Shown here: piece after piece, positions 41,182-51,073 of the stretch
Layout of the letters: each line of letters opens with the position of its first letter
Position numbering within the stretch: the first letter of the stretch is position 1
Assembly (NCBI GenBank): GCA_963696065.1
Contig: CAVOIF010000007.1
Coordinates: 208,707-272,706 of the forward strand
Direction of reading: 5' to 3'
Origin: an uncultured Actinomycetota bacterium
GTDB lineage: Bacteria > Actinomycetota > Actinomycetes > Mycobacteriales > Nakamurellaceae
Length of the DNA: 64,000 nucleotides
The notes under the pieces: generated by a model
The model's database searches: none
Told to the model about the DNA's origin: nothing
What the model saw: only the letters and a program-made list of their open reading frames with translations
Position numbers and translations under genes: made by a program

Positions 41182-42149
41182 CGGGTGGACTCCCGGCTCA
41201 GGGCCGGGTCGCCGACCGGGAGTTCGGCTGCCTGCAATTCGCCTGCCCGAAACTCGACGGTGTTCCTGGTCAGGTCCATGTAGGCCTCCTCGAGGGTCGC
41301 GCGGTGCGCGGCCACCTCGGAGAACGGCACGGCGGCGTCGTTCATCAGGGCAATGACCCGCCCCGCCGGCAGACCGGACACCGTCAGGGTGTCGGGTCCG
41401 GTGACAGCAACGGTGGCCCCGGCATTCGCCAGCGCCGACATGGCGGATGACCGTTCGGTGGTGCGCACGGTGATCTGGCCACTTGAGGCCGTCGCTATCA
41501 GCTCGGCAACACTGGTGTCGGCGACCAGTCGTCCGCGGCCGATCACCACCAGATGCCCGGCGGTGTCCTGCAGTTCGGCCATCAGGTGGCTCGACACCAG
41601 GATCGCGCGGCCCTCGTCGGCCAGTGATCGCAGCAGCGTGCGGATCCAGACGACACCCTCCGGATCCAGCCCGTTGAACGGCTCGTCGAGGATCAGGATC
41701 GCCGGATCGCCGAGCAGGGCTGCGGCGATTCCCAGTCGCTGACGCATGCCCAACGAATAGCCACCCGCCCGTCGGCCGGCCGCGCTCTGCAGCCCCACCT
41801 GTTCGACCACCTGGTCGACCCGCTGTCCGGTCAGGCCCTGTGAGTGGGCGAGCCAGAGCAGGTGGTTGCGACCGGTGCGGCTGGCCTGCAGCGCCCCGGC
41901 GTCCAGCAGCGCGCCGACGTGCTGCAATGGGCGATGCAGCGTGCGGTAGGGCCGGCCGCCGACCAACGCGGTTCCTTCGTCGAGCGCATCCAGGCCGAGG
42001 ATGGCCCGCATGGTGGTGGACTTTCCGGCACCGTTGGGCCCGACGAAGCCGGTGACCTGCCCGGGCTGCACGGTGAAGGACAACCCGTCGAGTGCTACCG
42101 CCGACCCGAAACGTTTCCGCAGGCCACTGACTTCGATGCTCGCTTCCAT
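41178..42149 (-). CDS. ABC transporter ATP-binding protein (BcrA/LanF-like)
   Basis: GPNGAGKS, YSLGMRQRLG, LILDEP, 'VSSHLMAE'. Confidence 0.93.
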   Translation of the reverse strand: MEASIEVSGLRKRFGSAVALDGLSFTVQPGQVTGFVGPNGAGKSTTMRAILGLDALDEGTALVGGRPYRTLHRPLQHVGALLDAGALQASRTGRNHLLWLAHSQGLTGQRVDQVVEQVGLQSAAGRRAGGYSLGMRQRLGIAAALLGDPAILILDEPFNGLDPEGVVWIRTLLRSLADEGRAILVSSHLMAELQDTAGHLVVIGRGRLVADTSVAELIATASSGQITVRTTERSSAMSALANAGATVAVTGPDTLTVSGLPAGRVIALMNDAAVPFSEVAAHRATLEEAYMDLTRNTVEFRAGELQAAELPVGDPALSRESTR

Positions 42150-42184
42150 TCCGGAAACGCTAGGCAGCCGGGCCGGGCTCGTCG

Positions 42185-42230
42185 TCACCCCCGGGAGCGA
42201 TGTTTCGCTGGACATCCCTCACGGGAGGGA
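42185..42230. promoter_or_regulatory. Pair of imperfect palindromes, candidate response-regulator binding sites
   Basis: TCACCCCCGGGAGCGA (42185-42200) and TCCCTCACGGGAGGGA (42215-42230): 12/16 identical, 30-bp spacing, between the divergent ABC and two-component genes. Confidence 0.5.
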
Positions 42231-42256
42231 CGCCGACGAGATCGCCGACGGTCACA

Positions 42257-43456
42257 ATGAGCCGTATGGATCAACGGCCGACCTGGCGCAGTGGATCGCT
42301 GGGGGCCGAACGACGACGGCTGGACTCCCCGCAGGTGCGCACCGTCGTGGCCGGCATCCTGGGGGCAGCCGCGGTGATCGAGACGATCGCGCGGGCGGCC
42401 GGCAGCGGAGACGGAGCGCTGTTCGTCGTGGTGCTCTGTCTGCTGGGGCTGGCCGGCACGCTGCCGGTGGCCGCACCGCGAACGGCCGCCGCCGCGATCG
42501 TCGTATCGGCAGCGAACCTGTTGTCGGTCATGCCGTTTCAGACACTGACCATCGCCGGAGTCGGTGCTCAGCTGATGGTTGGTTACCGGCTCGGCCGCAC
42601 CGGACCACAGGTCCTCGCCATCGGCCTGCCGTTGCCGTTTCTGTTGTTGGCCCTGGCCGGTCCGATCGGTTCCTGGAATTGGCAGCTCTCCCTCGGACTG
42701 GCCGCGCTGATCCCGACGTTCGCGCTGGCCGGTGCTGCAGTTCGACGGCGGGAAGAGGCCAGGGAGTACACCTCGGCCCGCGAGGACATCCTCGGGACCC
42801 TGCTGGAGCACAGCGCGCGCGGGGAACGGGCGCGAATAGCGCGGGAGTTACATGACGTTGTCGCCCATCATGTCTCGCTGATCGCGGTGCAAGCGGAGAC
42901 GGCCCGGTTGACCACGCCGGGAATGCCGGCCGTTGGCGCGCAACGGCTGTCCCAGATCGGTGACACCGCCCGCACCGCGCTGACCGAGATGCGCCGACTG
43001 CTCGGCGTGTTACGCGAAGATGCGCAGACCACTGACAACGACCGCCGGCCGCAGCCGAGTCTGGCTCAACTCAATGACCTGCTCGACGAGGCGAGAAAGA
43101 ATTCCGGGGCGGCCACCAGGCTGATCTTGTCCGGTTCGCCGGACGCGTTGGATCCGGGCGTCGAGCTTGCCGCCTACCGCATCGTCCAGGAGGCGCTGAC
43201 CAACGCCCGCCGCCATGCACCCGGCGCTGCCGTCGACGTCGAGTTGCAGTACACCGACGCCGCGTTGCTCGTCCGCATCCGGGACAACGGCCCGGGGCCG
43301 CCGTCGCCGTCGGTGGATGCGGTGCACGGACACGGGTTGCTCGGCATGCGGGAGCGGGCGGCCGCGGTCGGCGGCCGGTTGGAGATCGGTGCCGCGGCAG
43401 GCGGCGGATTCGTGGTGCAGACAACCCTGCCGACGACAGCGGAATCACTCCGGTGA
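42257..43456 (+). CDS. Membrane sensor histidine kinase (HisKA_3, DesK/NarX-like)
   Basis: '[15 protein letters not shown]', '[15 protein letters not shown]', '[10 protein letters not shown]'; N-terminal TMs. Confidence 0.93.
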   Translation: MSRMDQRPTWRSGSLGAERRRLDSPQVRTVVAGILGAAAVIETIARAAGSGDGALFVVVLCLLGLAGTLPVAAPRTAAAAIVVSAANLLSVMPFQTLTIAGVGAQLMVGYRLGRTGPQVLAIGLPLPFLLLALAGPIGSWNWQLSLGLAALIPTFALAGAAVRRREEAREYTSAREDILGTLLEHSARGERARIARELHDVVAHHVSLIAVQAETARLTTPGMPAVGAQRLSQIGDTARTALTEMRRLLGVLREDAQTTDNDRRPQPSLAQLNDLLDEARKNSGAATRLILSGSPDALDPGVELAAYRIVQEALTNARRHAPGAAVDVELQYTDAALLVRIRDNGPGPPSPSVDAVHGHGLLGMRERAAAVGGRLEIGAAAGGGFVVQTTLPTTAESLR

Positions 43457-44187
43457 CGCCGCCCGGACAACCGAGGTTCCCGGTTCGGATCGTGGTCGCC
43501 GACGACCAGGGGATTGTGCGGGAGGGCTTCGCCTCACTGCTCGCCACTCAAGCGGATTTCGAGGTGGTCGGCACCGCGGCCGACGGCGCCCAGGCGGTTC
43601 GGCTGTGCACCGAACTCGAACCCGACGTCATCCTGATGGACATCCGGATGCCCGGGATGGACGGAATCGCCGCAACCCGGGAACTCAGCGGGCCGGGTAG
43701 CCGGCCCGATGGGCCCCGAATTCTCATCCTGACCACCTTTGACCTGGACGAATATGTCTATGACGCGCTGCGTGCCGGGGCCAGTGGCTTTCTGCTCAAG
43801 GACGTCACCGCGGAACGGCTGTTCGAGGCCGTCCGGGTGATCGCCACCGGCGACGCACTGCTCGCGCCCGCCGTGACCCGGAGACTGATCGGGGAATTCG
43901 CAGCGCTCCGGGTCAGACCCGAAACCGCCTCCGCTGCAGCCCGATCCGGGCTCGATCTGGCCGCCCTGACGCCGCGGGAGACCCAGGTGCTGCGGCTGGT
44001 CGCCGAGGGACTGTCCAATGCTGAAATCGCCCAGCGGCTCGTCGTGTCCGAGGAGACGGTGAAGACGCACGTCAGCAGAGTGCTGAGCAAACTCGGTCTG
44101 CGAGACCGCACCCAGGCAGTTGTCGTCGCGTACGAGTCGGGCCTGGTGGTGCCCGGCACTCTGCCGCCACGACCACATGAAGGGTGA
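43453..44187 (+). CDS. NarL/LuxR family response regulator
   Basis: 'VVADD', 'ILMDIRMP', 'GFLLKD', 'LTPRETQVL...GLSNAEIA...TVKTHV'. Confidence 0.95.
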   Translation: MTPPGQPRFPVRIVVADDQGIVREGFASLLATQADFEVVGTAADGAQAVRLCTELEPDVILMDIRMPGMDGIAATRELSGPGSRPDGPRILILTTFDLDEYVYDALRAGASGFLLKDVTAERLFEAVRVIATGDALLAPAVTRRLIGEFAALRVRPETASAAARSGLDLAALTPRETQVLRLVAEGLSNAEIAQRLVVSEETVKTHVSRVLSKLGLRDRTQAVVVAYESGLVVPGTLPPRPHEG

Positions 44188-44262
44188 ACGCTTCCGGAGT
44201 CGACCAGAACCACTCGGCAGGGCCGAGATGTCGTCTCTGCCGTCACCGAGCATGCTGTCCGA

Positions 44263-46923
44263 GTGACGACGAGTGACCGGTTTGTCGCCGAGCCCACGCG
44301 GTCCAGTTCGGCACTCGGTTCCGCGGCCGATCTCTGGGTCCGGGCCCGGAATCGGGTCGATTTCGGCCGCCCGGCCACCGGGCTGAAGTTGGGTGCGCGG
44401 GCCCTGGAACACCTGCGCACCGAGCACGTCCCGGAGGGCCAGGCGGCGGTGCTGCGCTCGCGGATCCTGGTCACCATGGCCGACGCCCAGGTCGAACTGG
44501 GCCGCACCGCCGAGGCCGACGACCTGCTGGATGCCGCGCTGCAGCAGAGCGCGACGGCGTTGCCGATGGTGCAGGCCTCCCGCGGAGTGTTGCTGGCCAG
44601 GACGGGCCGGCTGCCCGAGGCCCGGCAGCAACTGGATGCGGGAGTGGCCGCGTTGTCGCAGAGCAGCCGGCCGAGTGCGAACCTGGTGCGTGCGCTGCTG
44701 TGGCGGGGCCTGCTGCACCTGAGCGAGGCGAGACTGGATGCGGCGCAGGCGGACTGCGAGGTGGTCGTCGAGCTCGGCCGATCGACCGGCATGGACCCGG
44801 CCGTCGCGGTGGCCACCCACAATCTCGGTCTGGTGCGGTGGGTCTCCGGCGATCTTCCGGGTGCGTTGCACGAGATGGCGCTCGCCGACGAGGTCGCCCA
44901 CGATGTGCGCGCCGGCATCCGATCCCTCGATCGGGCCCGCGTGCTGCTGGCCGCCGGTCTGCTACTGGAGGCCAGGGAGTTCGCCGACCGGGCGGAGCGG
45001 GTGTTCGCCAGCGAACGGGCCAAAGTCGATCTCGCGGACGCCTTGCTGGTGCAGGCGGAGATCGACATCGTCGCTCGGCGGGCCAAGGCGGCGCGGTCGG
45101 CGGCCCGCCGGTCCGCGCGCAACTACGCCCTGGCCGGGTACGAACGCGGCGTGCTCGCGGCCAGGGTGATGGAGGTCAGGGCAGAGGCGAACGTCCGGGC
45201 CGCCATCCGGCCGTTGCCGCGCCGGCAGGCGCTGCAGGATGCGAGTGCGGCCGAGGCGCTGGTCACCGATCTGCTGACTGCCGGTCAACAGGAGGATGCC
45301 CGGGCGGTGCGGCTGCTGCAGGCAGAGGCGTTGCTGCAGGCCGGCGACCTCCCCGCTGCGGAGACCGCTGCCGAGGCGGCCGCCGGTCTCGGAGCCGGCA
45401 ACGGATCGGCCAACCGGGCGGCCCGGGTGCCGTTGATCGCCACCGAGCTGCACACCCAGGTCATTGCGGCCCGCATCGAGCTCGCCCACGGCCGCCGGTC
45501 GTCCGGGTTGGCGCACATCAGGCGCGGGCTGGACGACCTTGCCGCCTACCAGGCCCGCTTCGGCTCCCAGGACCTGCAATCGGCGTCCGCCGTGCACGGT
45601 AGCGAGCTGACCAGGTTGGGGCTGCGCACTGCACTGCAGACTCGCTCACCGGCGGCGATCCTGCAGTGGCTGGAACGATCCCGCGCGGCGAGCACCAGGT
45701 TGGCCGCGGTCCGTCCGTCGATGGACGGTGTGCTGGCCCGGGAGCTGAGCAAGCTGCGGATGGCCTCCTACCGCGCCCGCATGGCGTTGCTGGCCGGGGC
45801 CGCCGACCCGGACATCGAGGACGAGGTCGACCAGTTGCGGCGCCGGGTGCGGTCCCGTTCCTGGGGCGTGGTGGGCACCGGCGCGGTGAACCGGCCGTTG
45901 CCGTTGGCCGCCGTGCAGCGCCGGCTGGCGGACACCGGCGAGCGGATCAGCGTGGTCGCGCCGTTCCGCGGCAACGGCCAGTTCCATGCGTTGGTGATCA
46001 CCTCCGGCACCGCCCGCTACGTCCCGCTCGGACCGGATTTCGGCCTCGAGTACCACCTGCAGCGGATCATCGGCGACCTGAACGTGTTGGCCGATCACCG
46101 GATCATGCAGGCCCTTCGGTCGGTGGCGGACGTGTCGCTGCGGGCCGGGCTGGGCAGGGTCGCGCGGTTCATCGTCGATCCGCTGCTGCCGTTTGTCGAT
46201 CAAGGACCGATCGTGGTGGCGGCGGCCGGGTCGGCCGCCATCGTGCCCTGGGCGCTGTTGCCCGGGCTGGACGGTCGCGCGGTGTCTGTCAGTCCGTCGG
46301 TGACCGCCGCGGTCGCCCACCTCGGCCAGACCCGGCAGGTCCACCGGCGCGGGGTGCTGGCGGTCGCCGGCCCGGAGGTGCCGCACGCCGGGCGTGAGGT
46401 CGACAGTGTGCTGGCCGCCTACCGGCCGGCGCCGACGGACGCGTCGACGAACGGCTCGACCAGCCAACTCACCGGTCCGGCCGCCACCGGACGGGCCGTG
46501 CTGGAGGCGATCCCGGCCGGCGGGCTGCTGCACATCGCCGCCCACGGCCATCACGAGCCGGACAACCCGCTCTTCTCCGGAGTGCTGCTGGCGGACGGTC
46601 TGTTGTACGGGTACGACGTCGCGCCGAACCCGTCGATCCCGGCCCAGGTCGTGCTCTCCAGCTGTGACGTCGGCCGCACCGACGACCGGCCGGGCAGCGA
46701 GCCGCTCGGCCTGGTCGCGGCCCTGTTGCGCAGCGGGGTGTCGACGGTGATCGCCGGCACCAGCCGGGTGTCCGATCAGGTGGCGGCGAGCGTGATGGCT
46801 GCCTACCACCAGCGGTTGAGTGCCGACCAGGCGCCGGCCATCGCGCTGGCCGGGGCGATCGCGACCACCGCCGGCAGCGGCGCCGATCCGGCGCCCTTCA
46901 CCTGTTTCGGGGCCGGCCTGTAG
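44263..46923 (+). CDS. TPR-CHAT (caspase-like) protease 2, intact, 886 aa
   Basis: Ala/Leu/Arg-rich helical repeats with 'THNLG'; CHAT 'VPWALLPGL', His 'HIAAHG' (46543), Cys 'LSSCD' (46663), end 'PAPFTCFGAG'. Confidence 0.92.
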   Translation: MTTSDRFVAEPTRSSSALGSAADLWVRARNRVDFGRPATGLKLGARALEHLRTEHVPEGQAAVLRSRILVTMADAQVELGRTAEADDLLDAALQQSATALPMVQASRGVLLARTGRLPEARQQLDAGVAALSQSSRPSANLVRALLWRGLLHLSEARLDAAQADCEVVVELGRSTGMDPAVAVATHNLGLVRWVSGDLPGALHEMALADEVAHDVRAGIRSLDRARVLLAAGLLLEAREFADRAERVFASERAKVDLADALLVQAEIDIVARRAKAARSAARRSARNYALAGYERGVLAARVMEVRAEANVRAAIRPLPRRQALQDASAAEALVTDLLTAGQQEDARAVRLLQAEALLQAGDLPAAETAAEAAAGLGAGNGSANRAARVPLIATELHTQVIAARIELAHGRRSSGLAHIRRGLDDLAAYQARFGSQDLQSASAVHGSELTRLGLRTALQTRSPAAILQWLERSRAASTRLAAVRPSMDGVLARELSKLRMASYRARMALLAGAADPDIEDEVDQLRRRVRSRSWGVVGTGAVNRPLPLAAVQRRLADTGERISVVAPFRGNGQFHALVITSGTARYVPLGPDFGLEYHLQRIIGDLNVLADHRIMQALRSVADVSLRAGLGRVARFIVDPLLPFVDQGPIVVAAAGSAAIVPWALLPGLDGRAVSVSPSVTAAVAHLGQTRQVHRRGVLAVAGPEVPHAGREVDSVLAAYRPAPTDASTNGSTSQLTGPAATGRAVLEAIPAGGLLHIAAHGHHEPDNPLFSGVLLADGLLYGYDVAPNPSIPAQVVLSSCDVGRTDDRPGSEPLGLVAALLRSGVSTVIAGTSRVSDQVAASVMAAYHQRLSADQAPAIALAGAIATTAGSGADPAPFTCFGAGL

Positions 46924-47027
46924 CCGCGGCCGGCCCGCTCCCGGCGCGCCGCTGGATACCGGGCGCGGCGCCGGATCGGCTACCGTCGTTGTCACCGCAT
47001 CGACGATCACCCCTGGAGCCCTGAGCA

Positions 47028-48491
47028 TTGATCACCGAGTGGATCCTGCTCGTCGTCGGCCTGATCCTCATCGCCGGCACCGCCCTCTATGTCTCCGCCG
47101 AGTTCAGCCTCGTCACCGTCGACCGCGCGACCGTGGCCAAACAGGCCGCCGAGGGCGACAGTGGTGCGAAATCGTTGATGGTCGGCCTTCGCTCGCTGTC
47201 CACCCAGCTCTCCGGTGCACAGGTCGGCATCACCATCACCACGCTCGCACTGGGCTTCGTCATGCAGCCGTCACTGGCCAACTTGGTGGGGGTGCCGCTG
47301 GAGGCCGTTGGGCTCTCGGAGGGGGCTGCCGACACGGTGGGCCTGATCTTCGGCCTCACGGTGGCGACGGTGCTCTCCATGGTGTTCGGCGAACTGGTGC
47401 CGAAGAACATCGCGATCGCCGAGCCGCTGGAGACCGCGAAGACCGTCATCATGCCGATGCGGATTTCCACCATGCTGTTCAAGCCGTTGATCTTCGTGCT
47501 GAACGGCACCGCCAACGGCGTGCTCAAGCTGATCGGGGTGGAGCCGCAGGAGGAACTGCGCTCTGCACGCTCGGCCGTCGAACTCGATTCGCTGGTTCGC
47601 CGTTCGGCCGCCCAGGGCACGCTGGAGAAACCCACCGCGGGTCTGTTGGCCAGGTCGATCTCGTTCTCGGGCAAGACCGCCGATGACGTGCTCACCCCGC
47701 GGGTCCAGGTGCGGTTCGTGAAGGCCACCGACACCGCGGAGGCCGTCCTGGTCGCCGCCGCAGAGACCGGGCACTCCCGATTCCCGGTGTCCGGCGAGGA
47801 TTCCGACGACGTCATCGGGCTGGTCCATCTCAAGCGGGCAGTGGTGATCCCGCCGGACGAACGCGCCGGAGTGCGGGTCGAGCAGTTGATCGTCCCGGTC
47901 CCCGTCGTCCCGGGCTCGATGCAACTCGACGACCTGCTCGACCAGTTGCGCGGCCGGGGTCTGCAGATGGCGGTGGTCGCCGACGAATACGGCGGCACCG
48001 CCGGCATTCTCACCCTCGAGGATGTCGTCGAGGAACTGGTCGGCGACATCAAGGACGAGCACGACCCGGTCGGCGGGCGGGCCGAGTGCCGGCTCGACGA
48101 CACCTGGCTGTTGCCGGGCACGCTGCGCCCGGACGAGATCGCCGAGTTCAGCGGCGTGCACCTGCCGGAGTCGGGCGCCTACGAGACAGTTGCCGGACTG
48201 CTGATCTCCCGGCTCGGCAGGATGCCGGAGAACCACGACTCGGTCGAGGTCGTCGCGACCATGGACGCGTCGTCGTTCCTGGGCATCCCGGAAGGGCAGG
48301 TCGGATACCTGGACGACCAACCGATCCAGGCCAATCCCCACGACGACCTGCCCAGAGCGGTGACGGTGCGGCTCACGGTGCACAGCCGGGACCGGCGCCG
48401 GATCGAGACCGTGGTGATGTCCGCGGTCAGCCTGGACAGCGGCGACGAGGAGCAGAACAGCAACGGCGAGTCGGGCGGTGATCGCCGATGA
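47028..48491 (+). CDS. CNNM/HlyC-CorC family membrane protein (DUF21 + CBS pair + CorC_HlyC)
   Basis: 'SAEFSLVTVDR', 'QVGITITT', 'FGELVPKNIA', 'GHSRFPV', 'DEYGGTAG', 'YETVAG'; TTG start with GGAG RBS. Confidence 0.92.
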   Translation: MITEWILLVVGLILIAGTALYVSAEFSLVTVDRATVAKQAAEGDSGAKSLMVGLRSLSTQLSGAQVGITITTLALGFVMQPSLANLVGVPLEAVGLSEGAADTVGLIFGLTVATVLSMVFGELVPKNIAIAEPLETAKTVIMPMRISTMLFKPLIFVLNGTANGVLKLIGVEPQEELRSARSAVELDSLVRRSAAQGTLEKPTAGLLARSISFSGKTADDVLTPRVQVRFVKATDTAEAVLVAAAETGHSRFPVSGEDSDDVIGLVHLKRAVVIPPDERAGVRVEQLIVPVPVVPGSMQLDDLLDQLRGRGLQMAVVADEYGGTAGILTLEDVVEELVGDIKDEHDPVGGRAECRLDDTWLLPGTLRPDEIAEFSGVHLPESGAYETVAGLLISRLGRMPENHDSVEVVATMDASSFLGIPEGQVGYLDDQPIQANPHDDLPRAVTVRLTVHSRDRRRIETVVMSAVSLDSGDEEQNSNGESGGDRR

Positions 48492-49627
48492 CGACCGAAT
48501 GGTTGTTGCTCGGGCTGGTCGTCGTGCTGCTGGCCCTCAGCGCGTTCTTCGTCGCGGCGGAGTTCGCCCTGATCGCGGCCAGGCGAACAGTGATCGAACC
48601 GCTGGCGGTCAACAGCGCCCGCGCCCGGTCGACCTTGAAGGCGATGGAGAACGTCTCGCTGATGATGGCGTGCGCCCAGCTGGGCATCACGCTGTGCGGC
48701 GTGTTGCTGGGTGCCCTGGGCGAGCCCGCCGTCGCCACTCTGCTGGAGCCGGTGTTCGAGAGTCTGGGGGTGCCCGAGGGTTGGCTGCACCCGGTGTCGC
48801 TGGTGATCGCGCTGTTGCTGGTCGTCTCCGCCCACGTCGCGCTCGGCGAGATGGTGCCGAAGAACATCGCCATCGCCGGGCCGGAACGCACCGCGCTCGC
48901 CCTGGCGCCGGCACTGGCCGGCGTCGCGACCGCGATCGGGCCGATCATCCGGACGCTCAACCGGTTCGCGAACGCCGTCGTCCGGCTGACCGGACGCGAA
49001 CCCAAGGATGAGGTGGCGTCCGCCTTCACCCGCGAAGAGGTCGCCGATCTGGTGGCCGAGTCGCGGCGCGAGGGACTGCTGGACGACGAGGAACACCAGC
49101 GGATCACCTCGGCGCTGGATTTCGACACCACCGACGTCAGCACGGTGATGGTGCCCGACGCCGAGGTGATGTCCGTCGAACCCGGTGTCACCGCGGCGGA
49201 GATCGAGCGGATCTGCGCCCGTACCGGGTTCTCCCGGTTCCCGATCCTCGAACCCGACGGCCGGTTCTCCGGTTACCTGCACATCCGGGACGTCATCGAC
49301 ATCCCGGCCGACCGGCGGGACGAGCCGGTCCCGCCGGGAAAGATCCGGCGGTTGCCAACGGTGGCCCCGGATACCGACCTGCGCACCGCGTTGGACAGCA
49401 TGCGACGGCTCGGCGCGCACCTGGCCGAGGTCGCTGTGCCGGTGGCAGCCGCGACCGGCGAGCCGGCAGCGCTGACGGTGGTGGAACCTGTGCCCGGACC
49501 TGTTGCGTCGGTCCGCGGCGTGGTCATGCTGGAGGACGTCATCGAGGCGTTGATCGGCGAGATCCGGGATGCCACCCGCCGGTCGCCGGATCGAGCCGGT
49601 CGACGAACGGGTGCCGACGGGGCCTGA
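48488..49627 (+). CDS. CNNM/HlyC-CorC family membrane protein (second of tandem pair)
   Basis: 'FFVAAEFAL', 'QLGITLC', 'GEMVPKNIA', 'GFSRFP', 'LEDVIEALIGEI'; ATGA coupling. Confidence 0.92.
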   Translation: MTTEWLLLGLVVVLLALSAFFVAAEFALIAARRTVIEPLAVNSARARSTLKAMENVSLMMACAQLGITLCGVLLGALGEPAVATLLEPVFESLGVPEGWLHPVSLVIALLLVVSAHVALGEMVPKNIAIAGPERTALALAPALAGVATAIGPIIRTLNRFANAVVRLTGREPKDEVASAFTREEVADLVAESRREGLLDDEEHQRITSALDFDTTDVSTVMVPDAEVMSVEPGVTAAEIERICARTGFSRFPILEPDGRFSGYLHIRDVIDIPADRRDEPVPPGKIRRLPTVAPDTDLRTALDSMRRLGAHLAEVAVPVAAATGEPAALTVVEPVPGPVASVRGVVMLEDVIEALIGEIRDATRRSPDRAGRRTGADGA

Positions 49628-49650
49628 CCGAAGAACCGCCCACCGACGGC

Positions 49651-49656
49651 TACTCT
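49651..49656 (+). promoter_or_regulatory. -10 hexamer (TACTCT) of probable leaderless pafA transcript
   Basis: TANNNT located 7 nt before the pafA ATG; no RBS. Confidence 0.55.
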
Positions 49657-49663
49657 CGGGCCC

Positions 49664-51022
49664 ATGCAGCGGCGGATCATGGGGATCGAAACCGAGTTCG
49701 GTATCACCTGCACGTTTCACGGTCAGCGACGGCTGAGCCCGGACGAAGTGGCCCGGTACCTGTTCCGCCGCGTGGTGTCCTGGGGTCGCTCGTCGAACGT
49801 GTTCCTGCGCAACGGGTCCCGGCTATATCTCGACGTCGGCTCGCACCCCGAGTACGCGACCGCCGAATGCGATGACCTGCCGACCCTGATCGCCCACGAC
49901 AAGGCGGGGGAGCAGATCCTGCAGGACCTGGTCGTCGACGCCGAGGCCAGGCTCGCCGAGGAGGGCATCGGCGGTGACATCTACCTGTTCAAGAACAACA
50001 CCGACTCGGCCGGAAACTCCTACGGGTGCCACGAGAACTTCCTGATCGCCAGGGGTGGCGAGTTCGCCAAGATCGCCGACGGGCTGATCCCGTTCCTGGT
50101 CACCCGGCAGTTGATCGCCGGCGCCGGCAAGGTGCTGCAGTCGCCGCGCGGTGCGTCCTATTGCCTGTCCCAGCGGGCCGATCACATCTGGGAGGGGGTG
50201 TCCAGTGCCACCACCCGGTCCCGGCCGATCATCAACACCCGGGACGAACCGCACGCCGACGCGGAGCGCTACCGGCGGCTGCACGTCATCGTCGGCGACT
50301 CCAACATGTGCGAGACGACCACCCTGGTCAAGGTGGGCAGCGCGGCACTGGTGCTGGAGATGATCGAGGCCGGAGTGGCGCTGCGCGACTTCACCTTCGA
50401 GAACCCGATCCGGGCGATCCGGGAGATCTCGCACGACACCACCGGCCGCAAGCCGGTCCGGCTGGCCGGCGGCGGTGACATCTCGGCACTGGAGGCGCAG
50501 ACCGAGTACTACACCAGGGCCGTCGAGTACGTCGAGAAGCGCGGCAACGACCCGGTCACCGCTCGGGTGCTCGACCTGTGGAAGCGGACGTTGACGGCGG
50601 TGGAGACCCAGGATTTCTCCGGGGTGGACACCGAGATCGACTGGATCATCAAGAAGAAACTCATCGACTCGTACGCGGCCAAGAACAACCTGGACCTGAC
50701 CCATCCGCGGATCGCCCAGCTCGATCTGACCTATCACGACGTGCGGACCGGACGTGGCCTGCATTCCCTGCTGGTCGCCAAGGGTCGTGCCGCCCGGGTG
50801 GTCACCGACGAACAGGTCGTCGAGGCCACCACCGTCCCGCCGCAGACCACCCGCGCACGGTTGCGCGGCGAGTTCGTGGCCGCCGCCCAGGATGCCGGCC
50901 GGGACTACACCGTCGACTGGGTGCACCTCAAGCTCAACGATCAGGCGCAGCGGACGGTGCTGCTGAAGGACCCGTTCCGGTCGACCGACGACCGGGTGAC
51001 CAAACTGATCGAGGCCATGTAG
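49664..51022 (+). CDS. pafA: Pup-protein ligase
   Basis: '[11 protein letters not shown]', '[17 protein letters not shown]', '[16 protein letters not shown]', 'LLKDPF'. Confidence 0.97.
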   Translation: MQRRIMGIETEFGITCTFHGQRRLSPDEVARYLFRRVVSWGRSSNVFLRNGSRLYLDVGSHPEYATAECDDLPTLIAHDKAGEQILQDLVVDAEARLAEEGIGGDIYLFKNNTDSAGNSYGCHENFLIARGGEFAKIADGLIPFLVTRQLIAGAGKVLQSPRGASYCLSQRADHIWEGVSSATTRSRPIINTRDEPHADAERYRRLHVIVGDSNMCETTTLVKVGSAALVLEMIEAGVALRDFTFENPIRAIREISHDTTGRKPVRLAGGGDISALEAQTEYYTRAVEYVEKRGNDPVTARVLDLWKRTLTAVETQDFSGVDTEIDWIIKKKLIDSYAAKNNLDLTHPRIAQLDLTYHDVRTGRGLHSLLVAKGRAARVVTDEQVVEATTVPPQTTRARLRGEFVAAAQDAGRDYTVDWVHLKLNDQAQRTVLLKDPFRSTDDRVTKLIEAM

Positions 51023-51073
51023 GCATGCCCGGCGGCGGCCGGTGACGGTCGGCGGATATGACAGTCTTGATCC

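Noticed and set aside
32824-44187. Lanthipeptide/RiPP cluster (S8 as LanP, ABC as LanFEG, two-component system as LanRK)
   Set aside because: No LanB/C/M or other modifying enzyme and no precursor peptide; the S8 proteins lack signal peptides and are coupled to sigma/CHAT genes.
47028-49627. 'Hemolysin' toxin interpretation of the HlyC/CorC pair
   Set aside because: The DUF21-CBS architecture is the CNNM/CorC metal-homeostasis family; there is no RTX or pore-forming domain.
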